Virus record (IMG/VR): IMGVR_UViG_3300006810_000004
Location: 1-57,977 of that record
Reading direction: 5' to 3' (one strand)
Origin: a virus
Taxonomy: Duplodnaviria; Caudoviricetes
DNA: 57,977 bases
The notes below the pieces were generated by a model. The model had not been told where the DNA came from and ran no database searches. It worked only from the letters and a program-made list of their open reading frames with translations. A program made the position numbers and the translations under genes. Shown piece after piece: positions 9,110 to 16,148 of this stretch. Position 1 is the stretch's first letter, and each line of letters starts with the position of its first letter.

Positions 9110-9610
9110 TTATTTTCTAGCTTTGCCGTATCCTCTTTGTGCTAGTCTACCAGCTACTTTAGATTTTTTCTTTTTAACTTCTCCACCGTGCTTGTACTTT
9201 TGTACAGCTTCAGAGTCACCTTTACGTACTGCTCCACCTTTATTTAGAAGTTTTGGTTTTACTCCACCAGTTATTGGTTTTCCGTTTTCATCAAATCTTA
9301 AAACAGGAAATCCTACACCAGGTTTTTTTTCCTTTAGTTCTTGAAATTTTTTTTGTTTTTCCATCTTCTTTTCTTCTGCAGGTACTAAACTTTTTAGTTT
9401 TTCCAGAGTTTCCTTAGAAGGTGCTTTTCTCCTTGGATCCCCTGTAGCAGGATTTGATTCAAATTCTTTTATCTTTTCCATAGACTCCTTTATAGACTCT
9501 TTAAGTGCTTTTATATCAAAGGCACTGGCTTGACCTCCTACTTCCTTAAGTCTTTCTCTAAGGTTTCCTAATTTTTTTTCTTCTTTTAATTTTTTTGCGT
9601 TTTCACTCAT
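9110..9610 (-). CDS. Basic protein with NKGG/KHGG motifs (putative virion core)
   Basis: 166 aa; ends LAQRGYGKARK. Confidence 0.65.
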   Translation of the reverse strand: MSENAKKLKEEKKLGNLRERLKEVGGQASAFDIKALKESIKESMEKIKEFESNPATGDPRRKAPSKETLEKLKSLVPAEEKKMEKQKKFQELKEKKPGVGFPVLRFDENGKPITGGVKPKLLNKGGAVRKGDSEAVQKYKHGGEVKKKKSKVAGRLAQRGYGKARK

Positions 9611-11052
9611 TAGTAATACTCCATTGGTTCCTTGATCCGTGGTTCATCGTGATAGTCATCTGGGAGTTGTACAAAGTTTCCTTGTCGGTATCGCATAAGA
9701 GCTTGAGTTGTTGAATCAACGTAGTCATCATGATCTCCAAAAGGGAATGCCGCACATTCCTCTATTACTTCTTCAGCCCACCTTTCATCAGGATACCACA
9801 CTTGTCCTGACTCAAACATAGGCGCAACTGAGTTAACTCGTACGTGTTTATCTTGTCCTCTACTAGGAGTATAATTCACGACGGGTATTCCGATGGATCT
9901 TAACTCATCTGTAAGAGGAAGTCCAGAGGCTTTTGCTTCAATAATCACGGTCTCCGGTTCCCAGTATTTGTACTTTTCTAAAGCTCTTTGTTTTAATTCT
10001 ATAAAGTCCCAACGACTTTTTTCTGCATCTAGTAATATTATTTGCGGGGTTCCTTTTTTTGGATGACTGAACACGCCCCATGTTGTGATCGCTGAGTAGT
10101 CCGCGCTTTCTTTTTTACTGAACGCGGTATCATAAGATTGGATCACGTGCATAAGATCAGGGATGTCGTCTTCTTCCCACATCTGCCACCATTCTCTTTT
10201 GATAATAGATCCTTCTTCAGATGTGGGATTTTGTTGCCACTGTGCTTGCCATTTTTGCTCGGTTAACGAAGCACGGGTAGCTTCCAAAGATTCAATATCC
10301 CAATATTCTGGCCAAATAGGTTTGTTACTAGGTAGGATTGCAGGAAATTCTACAACCTCCCATTGGTCTGCCTTGGGATCTTTTGATTGTGCATCAATCA
10401 ATTTACCTGTTAGATCTTTCGTGGACCACCGTGTCATTACAATAACGATTGCTCCACCTGGCTGTAAACGTTGACGAGGACCAGAAGTGTACCACTCATA
10501 AGCATTGTCCAGAGCAGTGGCAGAAAGGGCGTCTTGCTCACTGTGCGGATCATCAATGATAAGTAAATCTGCACCACGACCAGTAATAGCACTGCCAACA
10601 CCAGCAGCGAAATATTCTCCACCATGATTTGTTTCCCATCTTCCAGCAGCTTTACTGTCTGCGGATATTTGAACTTTGTCAAAGAGTTGTTGAAAGAGTA
10701 CGCTGTCAATTAGATGTTTCATCTTTCTACCGAATCGAACAGCTAGTTCAGTTGTGTGTGTAGTCTGAATAATCTTGAGCTTTGGATTATTTCCAACTAG
10801 CCACGCCGGTAGGAGGTAAGATGCAAACTCTGACTTAGTATGCCGGGGAGGCATGTTGACAATAAGTCGGTTTGTTTTTTTATTCTTGATTGCTTCAAAA
10901 TGTTTGGCAATACTTTTGTGATGGTACCCGGAAATAAATTCTGGCCACACGTGTCTGACAAAAGGGATAAAGTTCTTCTCGGCAGCTTCTAGTTTTTTAA
11001 GATGCTCAACAATTAGCTGTTCATGTAATTCGGCTTCACTTTGACTAGTCAT
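9610..11052 (-). CDS. terL: Terminase large subunit
   Basis: Walker A-like MPPRHTKS, Walker B LLIIDDP, VMTRW, nuclease SYDTAF and HDDYVDS. Confidence 0.96.
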   Translation of the reverse strand: MTSQSEAELHEQLIVEHLKKLEAAEKNFIPFVRHVWPEFISGYHHKSIAKHFEAIKNKKTNRLIVNMPPRHTKSEFASYLLPAWLVGNNPKLKIIQTTHTTELAVRFGRKMKHLIDSVLFQQLFDKVQISADSKAAGRWETNHGGEYFAAGVGSAITGRGADLLIIDDPHSEQDALSATALDNAYEWYTSGPRQRLQPGGAIVIVMTRWSTKDLTGKLIDAQSKDPKADQWEVVEFPAILPSNKPIWPEYWDIESLEATRASLTEQKWQAQWQQNPTSEEGSIIKREWWQMWEEDDIPDLMHVIQSYDTAFSKKESADYSAITTWGVFSHPKKGTPQIILLDAEKSRWDFIELKQRALEKYKYWEPETVIIEAKASGLPLTDELRSIGIPVVNYTPSRGQDKHVRVNSVAPMFESGQVWYPDERWAEEVIEECAAFPFGDHDDYVDSTTQALMRYRQGNFVQLPDDYHDEPRIKEPMEYY

Positions 11053-11061
11053 TGTATCTTT

Positions 11062-11090
11062 TTTATATATTATTAATTGGGAGAGTCAAC
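11062..11090 (-). promoter_or_regulatory. Sigma70-type promoter for the terL/late operon, very short leader
   Basis: GTTGAC-N17-TATAAA ending 9 nt before the ATG; TCTCCCA in the spacer. Confidence 0.5.
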
Positions 11091-11360
11091 GTTTGAAATT
11101 TTTATAATTTTTTTTAAGAAATCAATAGGGGGCCTATTTCCTGTATTTAGGGTCCGTATGATTTTGGACGGTAGTGTTTGTCTGGAACAGGGGGTATAGT
11201 AAAAAAAATTAAGAACCTATTATTCTATTTAGGGGGCGCGGGGGGCGTGTACGGGGGTCATTCATATATGAGTACCTGGAATTCATATATGAAAGTTGCC
11301 TGGACGAACCTGGGGGACAAACAACCAGGAATAAAAAACCCCACAGCTCCGACCACGCAT

Positions 11361-11395
11361 AAAAAAACCCCGCATGAAATTAATCAAGCGGGGTT
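11361..11395 (-). terminator. Rho-independent terminator closing the early operon
   Basis: AACCCCGC...GCGGGGTTTTTTT on the minus strand, after the DUF3846 gene. Confidence 0.8.
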
Positions 11396-11423
11396 CATGT
11401 TCCTTAATTAAAGGTTATTGATA

Positions 11424-11669
11424 CTACCAGTTGCGACCGCAACCTGATGCAAAGTAAATAGCATTACCCATTATTGTTTGACCCGCAATAAGGGACGCGC
11501 CAATATTAAGAGGCAGACCTTTAAGTAATCCCTCTTCGTCTACCAGTAACTTACCTAGACCTTTAGGTAATCTTACTACTTCAACATAACCGCCAATTAT
11601 TTCTTGGGCTTCGCGTAGATCGATCTTTTCCTTTTTATCTTCTACTACTTTTAAGATAGCTTCTTGCAT
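11424..11669 (-). CDS. DUF3846-family protein (start revised from 11684)
   Basis: LREAQEIIGGYVEVV...LLVDEEGLLKGLPLN...IMGNA; GGAG SD precedes the ATG at 11669. Confidence 0.8.
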   Translation of the reverse strand: MQEAILKVVEDKKEKIDLREAQEIIGGYVEVVRLPKGLGKLLVDEEGLLKGLPLNIGASLIAGQTIMGNAIYFASGCGRNW

Positions 11670-11694
11670 AGTTATATTCTCCATTTCTATAATA

Positions 11695-11723
11695 ATTATA
11701 TATTAATGAGATAGTGGAACAAG
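11695..11723 (-). promoter_or_regulatory. Early promoter CTTGTT-N17-TATAAT
   Basis: Consensus -10; TATCTCA in the spacer. Confidence 0.7.
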
Positions 11724-11811
11724 GATAATATAACGGTGGTGCCTCTCCACCGAACAAGGCTAATATTACGACGAGCTCCGCGATATGCTTTTTGTAAATT
11801 TTGAATAAGGT

Positions 11812-11861
11812 TAGAGCTGGGGGTAGAGCGAGGCTTAGAGCTGGGTCTAGACCCAGCTCTA
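11812..11861. repeat. Four 12-bp TAGA(G/C)C units ending in a perfect 26-bp palindrome (11836-11861)
   Basis: TAGAGCTGGGGG/TAGAGCGAGGCT/TAGAGCTGGGTC/TAGACCCAGCTC. Confidence 0.85.
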
Positions 11862-11875
11862 TGATTATTAGTTAA

Positions 11876-12919
11876 TTAAGCAACAAGAGATAAGGCAGTA
11901 TTCATAGCCTTAGTTTTTACATTGTCGATACCATTGCTAGTAAAAGTATTTTTTAATCTAGCGCTAGTGTTATCGATACCGCCTCTTAAATGATCTTCAT
12001 TATAAGTAACACAATTAAATGCTTTCCATAATGTATCATTACGAACCGCGTTCCCTGTATTTTGAAGTTTGAGAGTTTTACCGTTGCTCTCAATGCAATC
12101 ATTCCAAATACCGTAACATCTTTTTATTTGTTGATTACCTGATAAACCATTAAAAAAAGAATAATCTTTTTTACCGTGTTTATCGAACTCAGATACTAGC
12201 TCTTTGTTCCCGTAAACCAAAATAAAATACTTTAATAGATCTTGCTCTTTAAGTTGAACTCCATCAAGAGCTAGAGCTTGGTCTTTGTATTCTTCATTTG
12301 ATTTAAGCGCCATATCAATTCTATTTTTAATCAAGTTTTCAAGATTAGAATTAAATTCTATTCTATGAGTAATTGAAACCATGAATTGATCATTATCTTT
12401 AAGCGCCTGCATATAAGTATTGGAACACCAAATAGAGATATTAGTGGTATTAATTTTGGTTTTATCTCTACCAGTGTGAAAGTTGCTAAACATTAAATAG
12501 TTTTTAACAACATCATCACCAATATTAAATGAACCGTTTGTATTAGCTAAAAAAGTAATAGCTTTGTCATTGTCATAACTAAAACAATGTTCAAAATGAA
12601 TACCAGCTTTTTTAGAAAAATGATCTCCCATTTCTGCAAGTTTGTTATTTTGCATTGGGTGATACTGATTAGTTAAACCGCCAACTAAAATTTCTTTTTT
12701 ATCTTTTACAAGATTAAAGAATTTGTCAGATGTGATTGTTTCACCATCGTGAGTAGATTGAGCTGGGGTCATTTGAACATTCCAATCCAATCCCGCATTA
12801 TTCATAAGTTGTGAACAATCCATTTTTTCACCGACGGCGCTAAATTGAGACAATCCCTTTTTAGTTAAATCTAAAAGAGATGTCCATTTGTAGTTTTCGA
12901 TTTTTTGGTTCATAGGCAT
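11876..12919 (-). CDS. DUF932-family phage/plasmid protein (start revised from 12934)
   Basis: AGLDWNV, YHPMQN, YLMFSNFHTG, IWCSNT, TLWKAFNCVTYNEDH; SD before the ATG at 12919. Confidence 0.8.
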   Translation of the reverse strand: MPMNQKIENYKWTSLLDLTKKGLSQFSAVGEKMDCSQLMNNAGLDWNVQMTPAQSTHDGETITSDKFFNLVKDKKEILVGGLTNQYHPMQNNKLAEMGDHFSKKAGIHFEHCFSYDNDKAITFLANTNGSFNIGDDVVKNYLMFSNFHTGRDKTKINTTNISIWCSNTYMQALKDNDQFMVSITHRIEFNSNLENLIKNRIDMALKSNEEYKDQALALDGVQLKEQDLLKYFILVYGNKELVSEFDKHGKKDYSFFNGLSGNQQIKRCYGIWNDCIESNGKTLKLQNTGNAVRNDTLWKAFNCVTYNEDHLRGGIDNTSARLKNTFTSNGIDNVKTKAMNTALSLVA

Positions 12920-12944
12920 AGTTATATTCTCCATTTCTAATAAG

Positions 12945-12973
12945 ATAATATATAATTGGGATACTATTGCAAG
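12945..12973 (-). promoter_or_regulatory. Early promoter CTTGCA-N17-TATTAT
   Basis: TATCCCA in the spacer; same architecture as the other early promoters. Confidence 0.65.
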
Positions 12974-13006
12974 TATTATTTAACGGTCGTAGAATAATGA
13001 TTATAG

Positions 13007-13185
13007 TTAGAATGATCGTGATGATACGCGCTACATATCTTCTACTACCCTCGCAAACCAAGATCTCTCTATTTTTAGCAAACTTATAAACTCTATAGCG
13101 TTTACAAATCGTTTTCTGAGTATATATCATTTCAACTCAACCACTGGCTTCATGATTTCGGGCTCACCGTTCACGATCATTCTAA
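13007..13185 (-). ncRNA. Candidate ~180-nt structured ncRNA
   Basis: Exact 15-bp inverted repeat (13007-13021 / 13171-13185) closing internal stems with G-U pairs on the minus strand; promoter-like CTTGAA...TATTAT immediately upstream. Confidence 0.55.
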
Positions 13186-13247
13186 TTATAATATCGAAAC
13201 ATTTTCTATTTTTTCAAGTTTTTATTCAACGGTCGTAGAATAATGAT

Positions 13248-13508
13248 TTATTTTAAAACGGGATTGAATTTCTTAATATTAAAACTATCTATCAAAGATT
13301 GCATTTCTTTTTTTTTTTCTTCATCTTCCATAGTTTTAATGACGGTCGCTAGATCAGATATTGCTTTTTGATATCCGCCTAAATAAGACTCATTATTTGA
13401 ATAATCTGTATGATCATAATGTCTATCATCTTTATTATCCATTATTTCTTCTTCCGCTAATAGATTATTTTTCATTCTATTTATAAGTATTGCTAATTTT
13501 TCGTTCAT
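13248..13508 (-). CDS. Hypothetical early protein, probably leaderless
   Basis: 86 aa; CTTGAT-N17-TATTAT ends 6 nt before the ATG and there is no SD. Confidence 0.75.
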   Translation of the reverse strand: MNEKLAILINRMKNNLLAEEEIMDNKDDRHYDHTDYSNNESYLGGYQKAISDLATVIKTMEDEEKKKEMQSLIDSFNIKKFNPVLK

Positions 13509-13556
13509 GGTTTTATAATATATAAATGGGATATTAAATCAAGTTTTTATTTTGGA

Positions 13557-13594
13557 GACCGCGATCAGACTATGCAAGAAAACTGACCGCGGTT
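13557..13594. terminator. GC-rich stem-loop between early cassettes
   Basis: ACCGCGGTCAG...CTGATCGCGGT 11-bp stem on the minus strand. Confidence 0.55.
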
Positions 13595-13606
13595 ATTGGT
13601 TTGATT

Positions 13607-13684
13607 TTAAATTAATAAATAAAGGATTGGTGCAAATACGGCGGTCATGATAACCACCGCTATTAGTAATTCGCTATTGTCCAT
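13607..13684 (-). CDS. 25-aa membrane micro-peptide
   Basis: MDNSELLIAVVIMTAVFAPILYLLI*; TAATG coupling and GGTGA SD. Confidence 0.6.
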   Translation of the reverse strand: MDNSELLIAVVIMTAVFAPILYLLI

Positions 13685-13833
13685 TATTTATCACCGTTGG
13701 GATCTTCTTCTTGTGTCCAATATTCATACAACTCGTCTATAGTTTTTGTATCTGCTTTCGATATCCATTTCCAAGAATTGTTGTGTTGCTTTTCTTGTTT
13801 TACTATAAAATCAATTTTTTGTTTTTTGTCCAT
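13684..13833 (-). CDS. 49-aa hypothetical early protein
   Basis: MDKKQKIDFIVKQEKQHNNSWKW...PNGDK*; TAATG overlaps at both ends. Confidence 0.7.
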   Translation of the reverse strand: MDKKQKIDFIVKQEKQHNNSWKWISKADTKTIDELYEYWTQEEDPNGDK

Positions 13834-14033
13834 TATTTATCACCGTCGGACTTTTCTAAATGCTCGTAAGTATAATCATAATTATGGTTTGATATATTAA
13901 TTATCCTATCCTGTGAGCTTTGCATTTTTTCAACGTCTTTTAAAATACCCTCAAGTACCTTGCCTAGTGAATTAATGCCGTGTTTTTCTTTTGCTTCTTT
14001 TTCTTCTTGCCATAGTGCTTTAATATTTTTCAT
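13833..14033 (-). CDS. Hypothetical early protein
   Basis: 66 aa; AGGAAGG SD and upstream promoter. Confidence 0.75.
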   Translation of the reverse strand: MKNIKALWQEEKEAKEKHGINSLGKVLEGILKDVEKMQSSQDRIINISNHNYDYTYEHLEKSDGDK

Positions 14034-14062
14034 TTTTTAAGTCCTTCCTATATTATCCCATA

Positions 14063-14091
14063 ATCTTATTACTTAAATAAGAAATTGTCAA
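14063..14091 (-). promoter_or_regulatory. Early promoter TTGACA-N17-TAAGAT
   Basis: Perfect -35; followed by TATGGGATA; 20-bp identity with the site at 15177-15196. Confidence 0.7.
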
Positions 14092-14470
14092 GCGCTTTAT
14101 AATTATATTTTACACCGACCGTCGGAGAAATATCCAACAAACAGGGAACACGGTCAACGGGACTTGATGAAAGGTCAGCGCCTTTGTCACCGTCGTACAG
14201 TTTGATCGTTCTTCGTTCGATGTGCTTGATCAAGTAATAATTTTTACCACCGTTGGAAAAGTTGTTATAATTCCATGATATTTGCAACGGTGATATATTA
14301 ACCGAATTCATTTTGATACATTTTAATTCAAGCCATATAGGTCTTTTATTCTTAATTCCATATAAATCAGGAACGCCCCCGCCGTGGCGGTTTTCTACTC
14401 GTTGCCAAAAAGCGCCTTTGATATTTTTAATAATATCACGCCCAAAAAGGCTTTCAGGCTTGACCGTCAT
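14069..14470 (-). CDS. PD-(D/E)XK nuclease / Holliday-junction resolvase-like (VRR-NUC-like)
   Basis: PES...RVEN...GVPDLYG...WLELK...SPLQISW. Confidence 0.8.
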   Translation of the reverse strand: MTVKPESLFGRDIIKNIKGAFWQRVENRHGGGVPDLYGIKNKRPIWLELKCIKMNSVNISPLQISWNYNNFSNGGKNYYLIKHIERRTIKLYDGDKGADLSSSPVDRVPCLLDISPTVGVKYNYKALDNFLFK

Positions 14471-15156
14471 TTCCCAATATCTCCCGCTATATGATGCCTT
14501 ACAAATTGCCCATAAGGTAAAGTTTTAACCCATTGTGTTAATTTCACGGCGTCGGTTCTATCCTGTTTTTGCTTTGAAGTATCCGACCAAGCAAAGCGGG
14601 TGAAACCTTGCCCCGCATAACAACCGCCCTTTTCAGATTTTCCTACTTTCTTTTTTTGGCTACCGTGAGCAACAAACTTAATAATATAATTTCTTTTTAT
14701 CCTAGCGCAAAGAGGTTCACCACTACCGCAATTTTGACAAGTGATTTTTTTATTATCTTCGGCGGGACATTTTACAAACTTAACGCCGTTAATAATATCA
14801 ACTTTGTCGGACATTGTAGCGGGTGCTGTATAAGTAGTTTGGTGACCGTTATGGAAACTGTTTAGAGCTTGAACGACTGTATCAGCAGAATAATTTATCA
14901 CCGTTTTATTTTCTTGATTGCTTGGAATATTTTTATAATCAAAATGAGTATATGTCCACGCCTTGCCCCTTTTTGGGACTGCATTAATTAAAGCGTTTAA
15001 ATATTCTTTGTCTATTTTATTTGATGAATTGTCAGCGTCAGGGTTTAAAGAACACGAAGCGGGACAAGTTGAGTACATAGAAGCCCCCGCCCTGTATGTG
15101 GTCGCGATAGCCCCCGTTTTTCTATTAGATGATAAATTAACTAATTTTAAAGACAT
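14467..15156 (-). CDS. Cys-rich putative Fe-S protein (gp88 / radical-SAM-like phage family)
   Basis: SNRKTG, TCPASC, WTYTH, CPAE...TCQNC...LC, GGCYA, RHHIAGD. Confidence 0.6.
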   Translation of the reverse strand: MSLKLVNLSSNRKTGAIATTYRAGASMYSTCPASCSLNPDADNSSNKIDKEYLNALINAVPKRGKAWTYTHFDYKNIPSNQENKTVINYSADTVVQALNSFHNGHQTTYTAPATMSDKVDIINGVKFVKCPAEDNKKITCQNCGSGEPLCARIKRNYIIKFVAHGSQKKKVGKSEKGGCYAGQGFTRFAWSDTSKQKQDRTDAVKLTQWVKTLPYGQFVRHHIAGDIGK

Positions 15157-15187
15157 GGTTTTTTATTCCTTTCTTAATTATCCCATA

Positions 15188-15216
15188 ATCTTATTATTAT
15201 ATGATAACTTGTCAAG
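15188..15216 (-). promoter_or_regulatory. Early promoter CTTGAC-N17-TAAGAT
   Basis: Matches the alphaproteobacterial CTTGAC -35; followed by TATGGGATA and an AAGGA SD. Confidence 0.7.
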
Positions 15217-15220
15217 CCAT

Positions 15221-15427
15221 TTAATAATATATTTTTGTTTTTTCTTCGACTTCAATAAGTTCTTTAGAAAGATCATCACAAAAAATTTCAATGTTAGCTT
15301 TTTGCAACGGGTTTAGTGTTGGGTTATTTATAACTATATTTAATTTTATTAAAGCTTCTTCTATTTCATCATATAATTGTGAATTGTCGTCAATTTCTTG
15401 TTGTATTAATTCGCTTACTTTTCCCAT
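15221..15427 (-). CDS. Hypothetical early protein
   Basis: 68 aa with AAAGGA SD. Confidence 0.75.
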   Translation of the reverse strand: MGKVSELIQQEIDDNSQLYDEIEEALIKLNIVINNPTLNPLQKANIEIFCDDLSKELIEVEEKTKIYY

Positions 15428-15456
15428 TTTTGTCCTTTCTTAATTGTTTATTTATA

Positions 15457-15564
15457 AAGAGATGAAGGGCTTTTAATTTGACATAGCTAATAGCTTTTTA
15501 ACCTACTTCAAAAACCTTTGGAGCGAATTTAAAAGGTATAACCCTACACACTCTCTCATCTCTT
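15457..15564 (-). ncRNA. Candidate structured RNA domain C (108 nt)
   Basis: Closing stem AAGAGAUGAG/UUCAUCUCUU with inner hairpins ACCUUU/AAAGGU, UUUUGA/UUAAAA and AGCU/AGCU. Confidence 0.5.
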
Positions 15565-15567
15565 AAC

Positions 15568-15669
15568 ATAAACACAGATCAACCTTAACGCCACACCTAG
15601 AGGGTTAATTAAGTAAGTTCCACCGTCAGTAAAGACGGGTGCAGTCGTGCCATTACATTCTGTGTTCAT
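15568..15669 (-). ncRNA. Candidate structured RNA domain B (102 nt)
   Basis: Closing stem AUGAACACAGA/UCUGUGUUUAU with inner CCGUC/GACGG and UUAACC/GGUUGA stems. Confidence 0.55.
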
Positions 15670-15678
15670 TATAGAATA

Positions 15679-15772
15679 CAAACCTAACACTTTCGCCACC
15701 TAGTCGCACACCTTACAAATTCTCGCCGTCATGTGTTCAGCAACGCCACTTATGTAAGTAACGCTAGGCTTG
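15679..15772 (-). ncRNA. Candidate structured RNA domain A (94 nt)
   Basis: Closing stem CAAGCCUAGCGU/GUGUUAGGUUUG (several G-U pairs) with inner UACUU/AAGUG and GUUGC/GCGAC stems. Confidence 0.55.
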
Positions 15773-15798
15773 GTTGCTACTAAAGATTTAATATTCAT

Positions 15799-15890
15799 AT
15801 CTTATATATATGAGATAAAAGTAAAATGTCAACCCTTAAAATAAAATTATTTTATTCTTGTATTATCCCATATTAATATTATATAAATAA
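15799..15890. promoter_or_regulatory. Divergent early promoter pair
   Basis: Minus: TTGACA at 15827-15832 with TATCTCA in the spacer. Plus: CTTGTA at 15857 with TATCCCA in the spacer. Near-palindrome ATCTTATATATATGAGAT at 15799-15816. Confidence 0.65.
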
Positions 15891-15977
15891 TTAAGAAAAT
15901 GTTTTCTAGGGGTAAGTAATAAACGGAGTTATTCGGCTTACTTATCCCGACCGCGTAGAAATTAGAAAGGACTAAAA

Positions 15978-16148
15978 ATGAGTGATTTACAAATGGAAGA
16001 ATTTAAAGAGCATATGCAAAATGAATTAGCTGATATGACGGTTAATGATTTTACTAATCTAATAGATAAACATGATTTAGGAATAGCAGAACTTGATGCA
16101 ATGTTTTATGACTTACTAGAGATACTAGTAAAAGAAAGGTCTAAATAA
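15978..16148 (+). CDS. 56-aa acidic hypothetical protein
   Basis: MSDLQMEEFKEHMQNE...KERSK*; AAAGGA SD; TAATG overlap with the next ORF. Confidence 0.75.
   Translation: MSDLQMEEFKEHMQNELADMTVNDFTNLIDKHDLGIAELDAMFYDLLEILVKERSK

Noticed and set aside
11178-11411. 77-aa plus-strand ORF
   Set aside because: Non-ATG start, no SD, translates G-runs and crosses a terminator; probably spurious
11669-11684. Shared N-terminal peptide MENITM on two early proteins
   Set aside because: The duplicated DNA is the leader containing the GGAG SD; the true starts are the downstream ATGs at 11669 and 12919
12861-13130. 89-aa ORF in the track
   Set aside because: Weak RBS; it runs through the next promoter and into the DUF932 gene, and the region is better explained as a structured RNA
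15457-15772. tRNA genes or hammerhead ribozymes
   Set aside because: No GTTCRA T-loop, D-loop or CCA pattern and no CUGANGA...GAAA core could be placed by eye; kept as unclassified structured RNAs
15700-15798. 32-codon ORF MNIKSLVATKPS... overlapping RNA domain A
   Set aside because: No SD and no recognisable motif; wobble-rich stems explain the sequence better, although leaderless translation cannot be excluded
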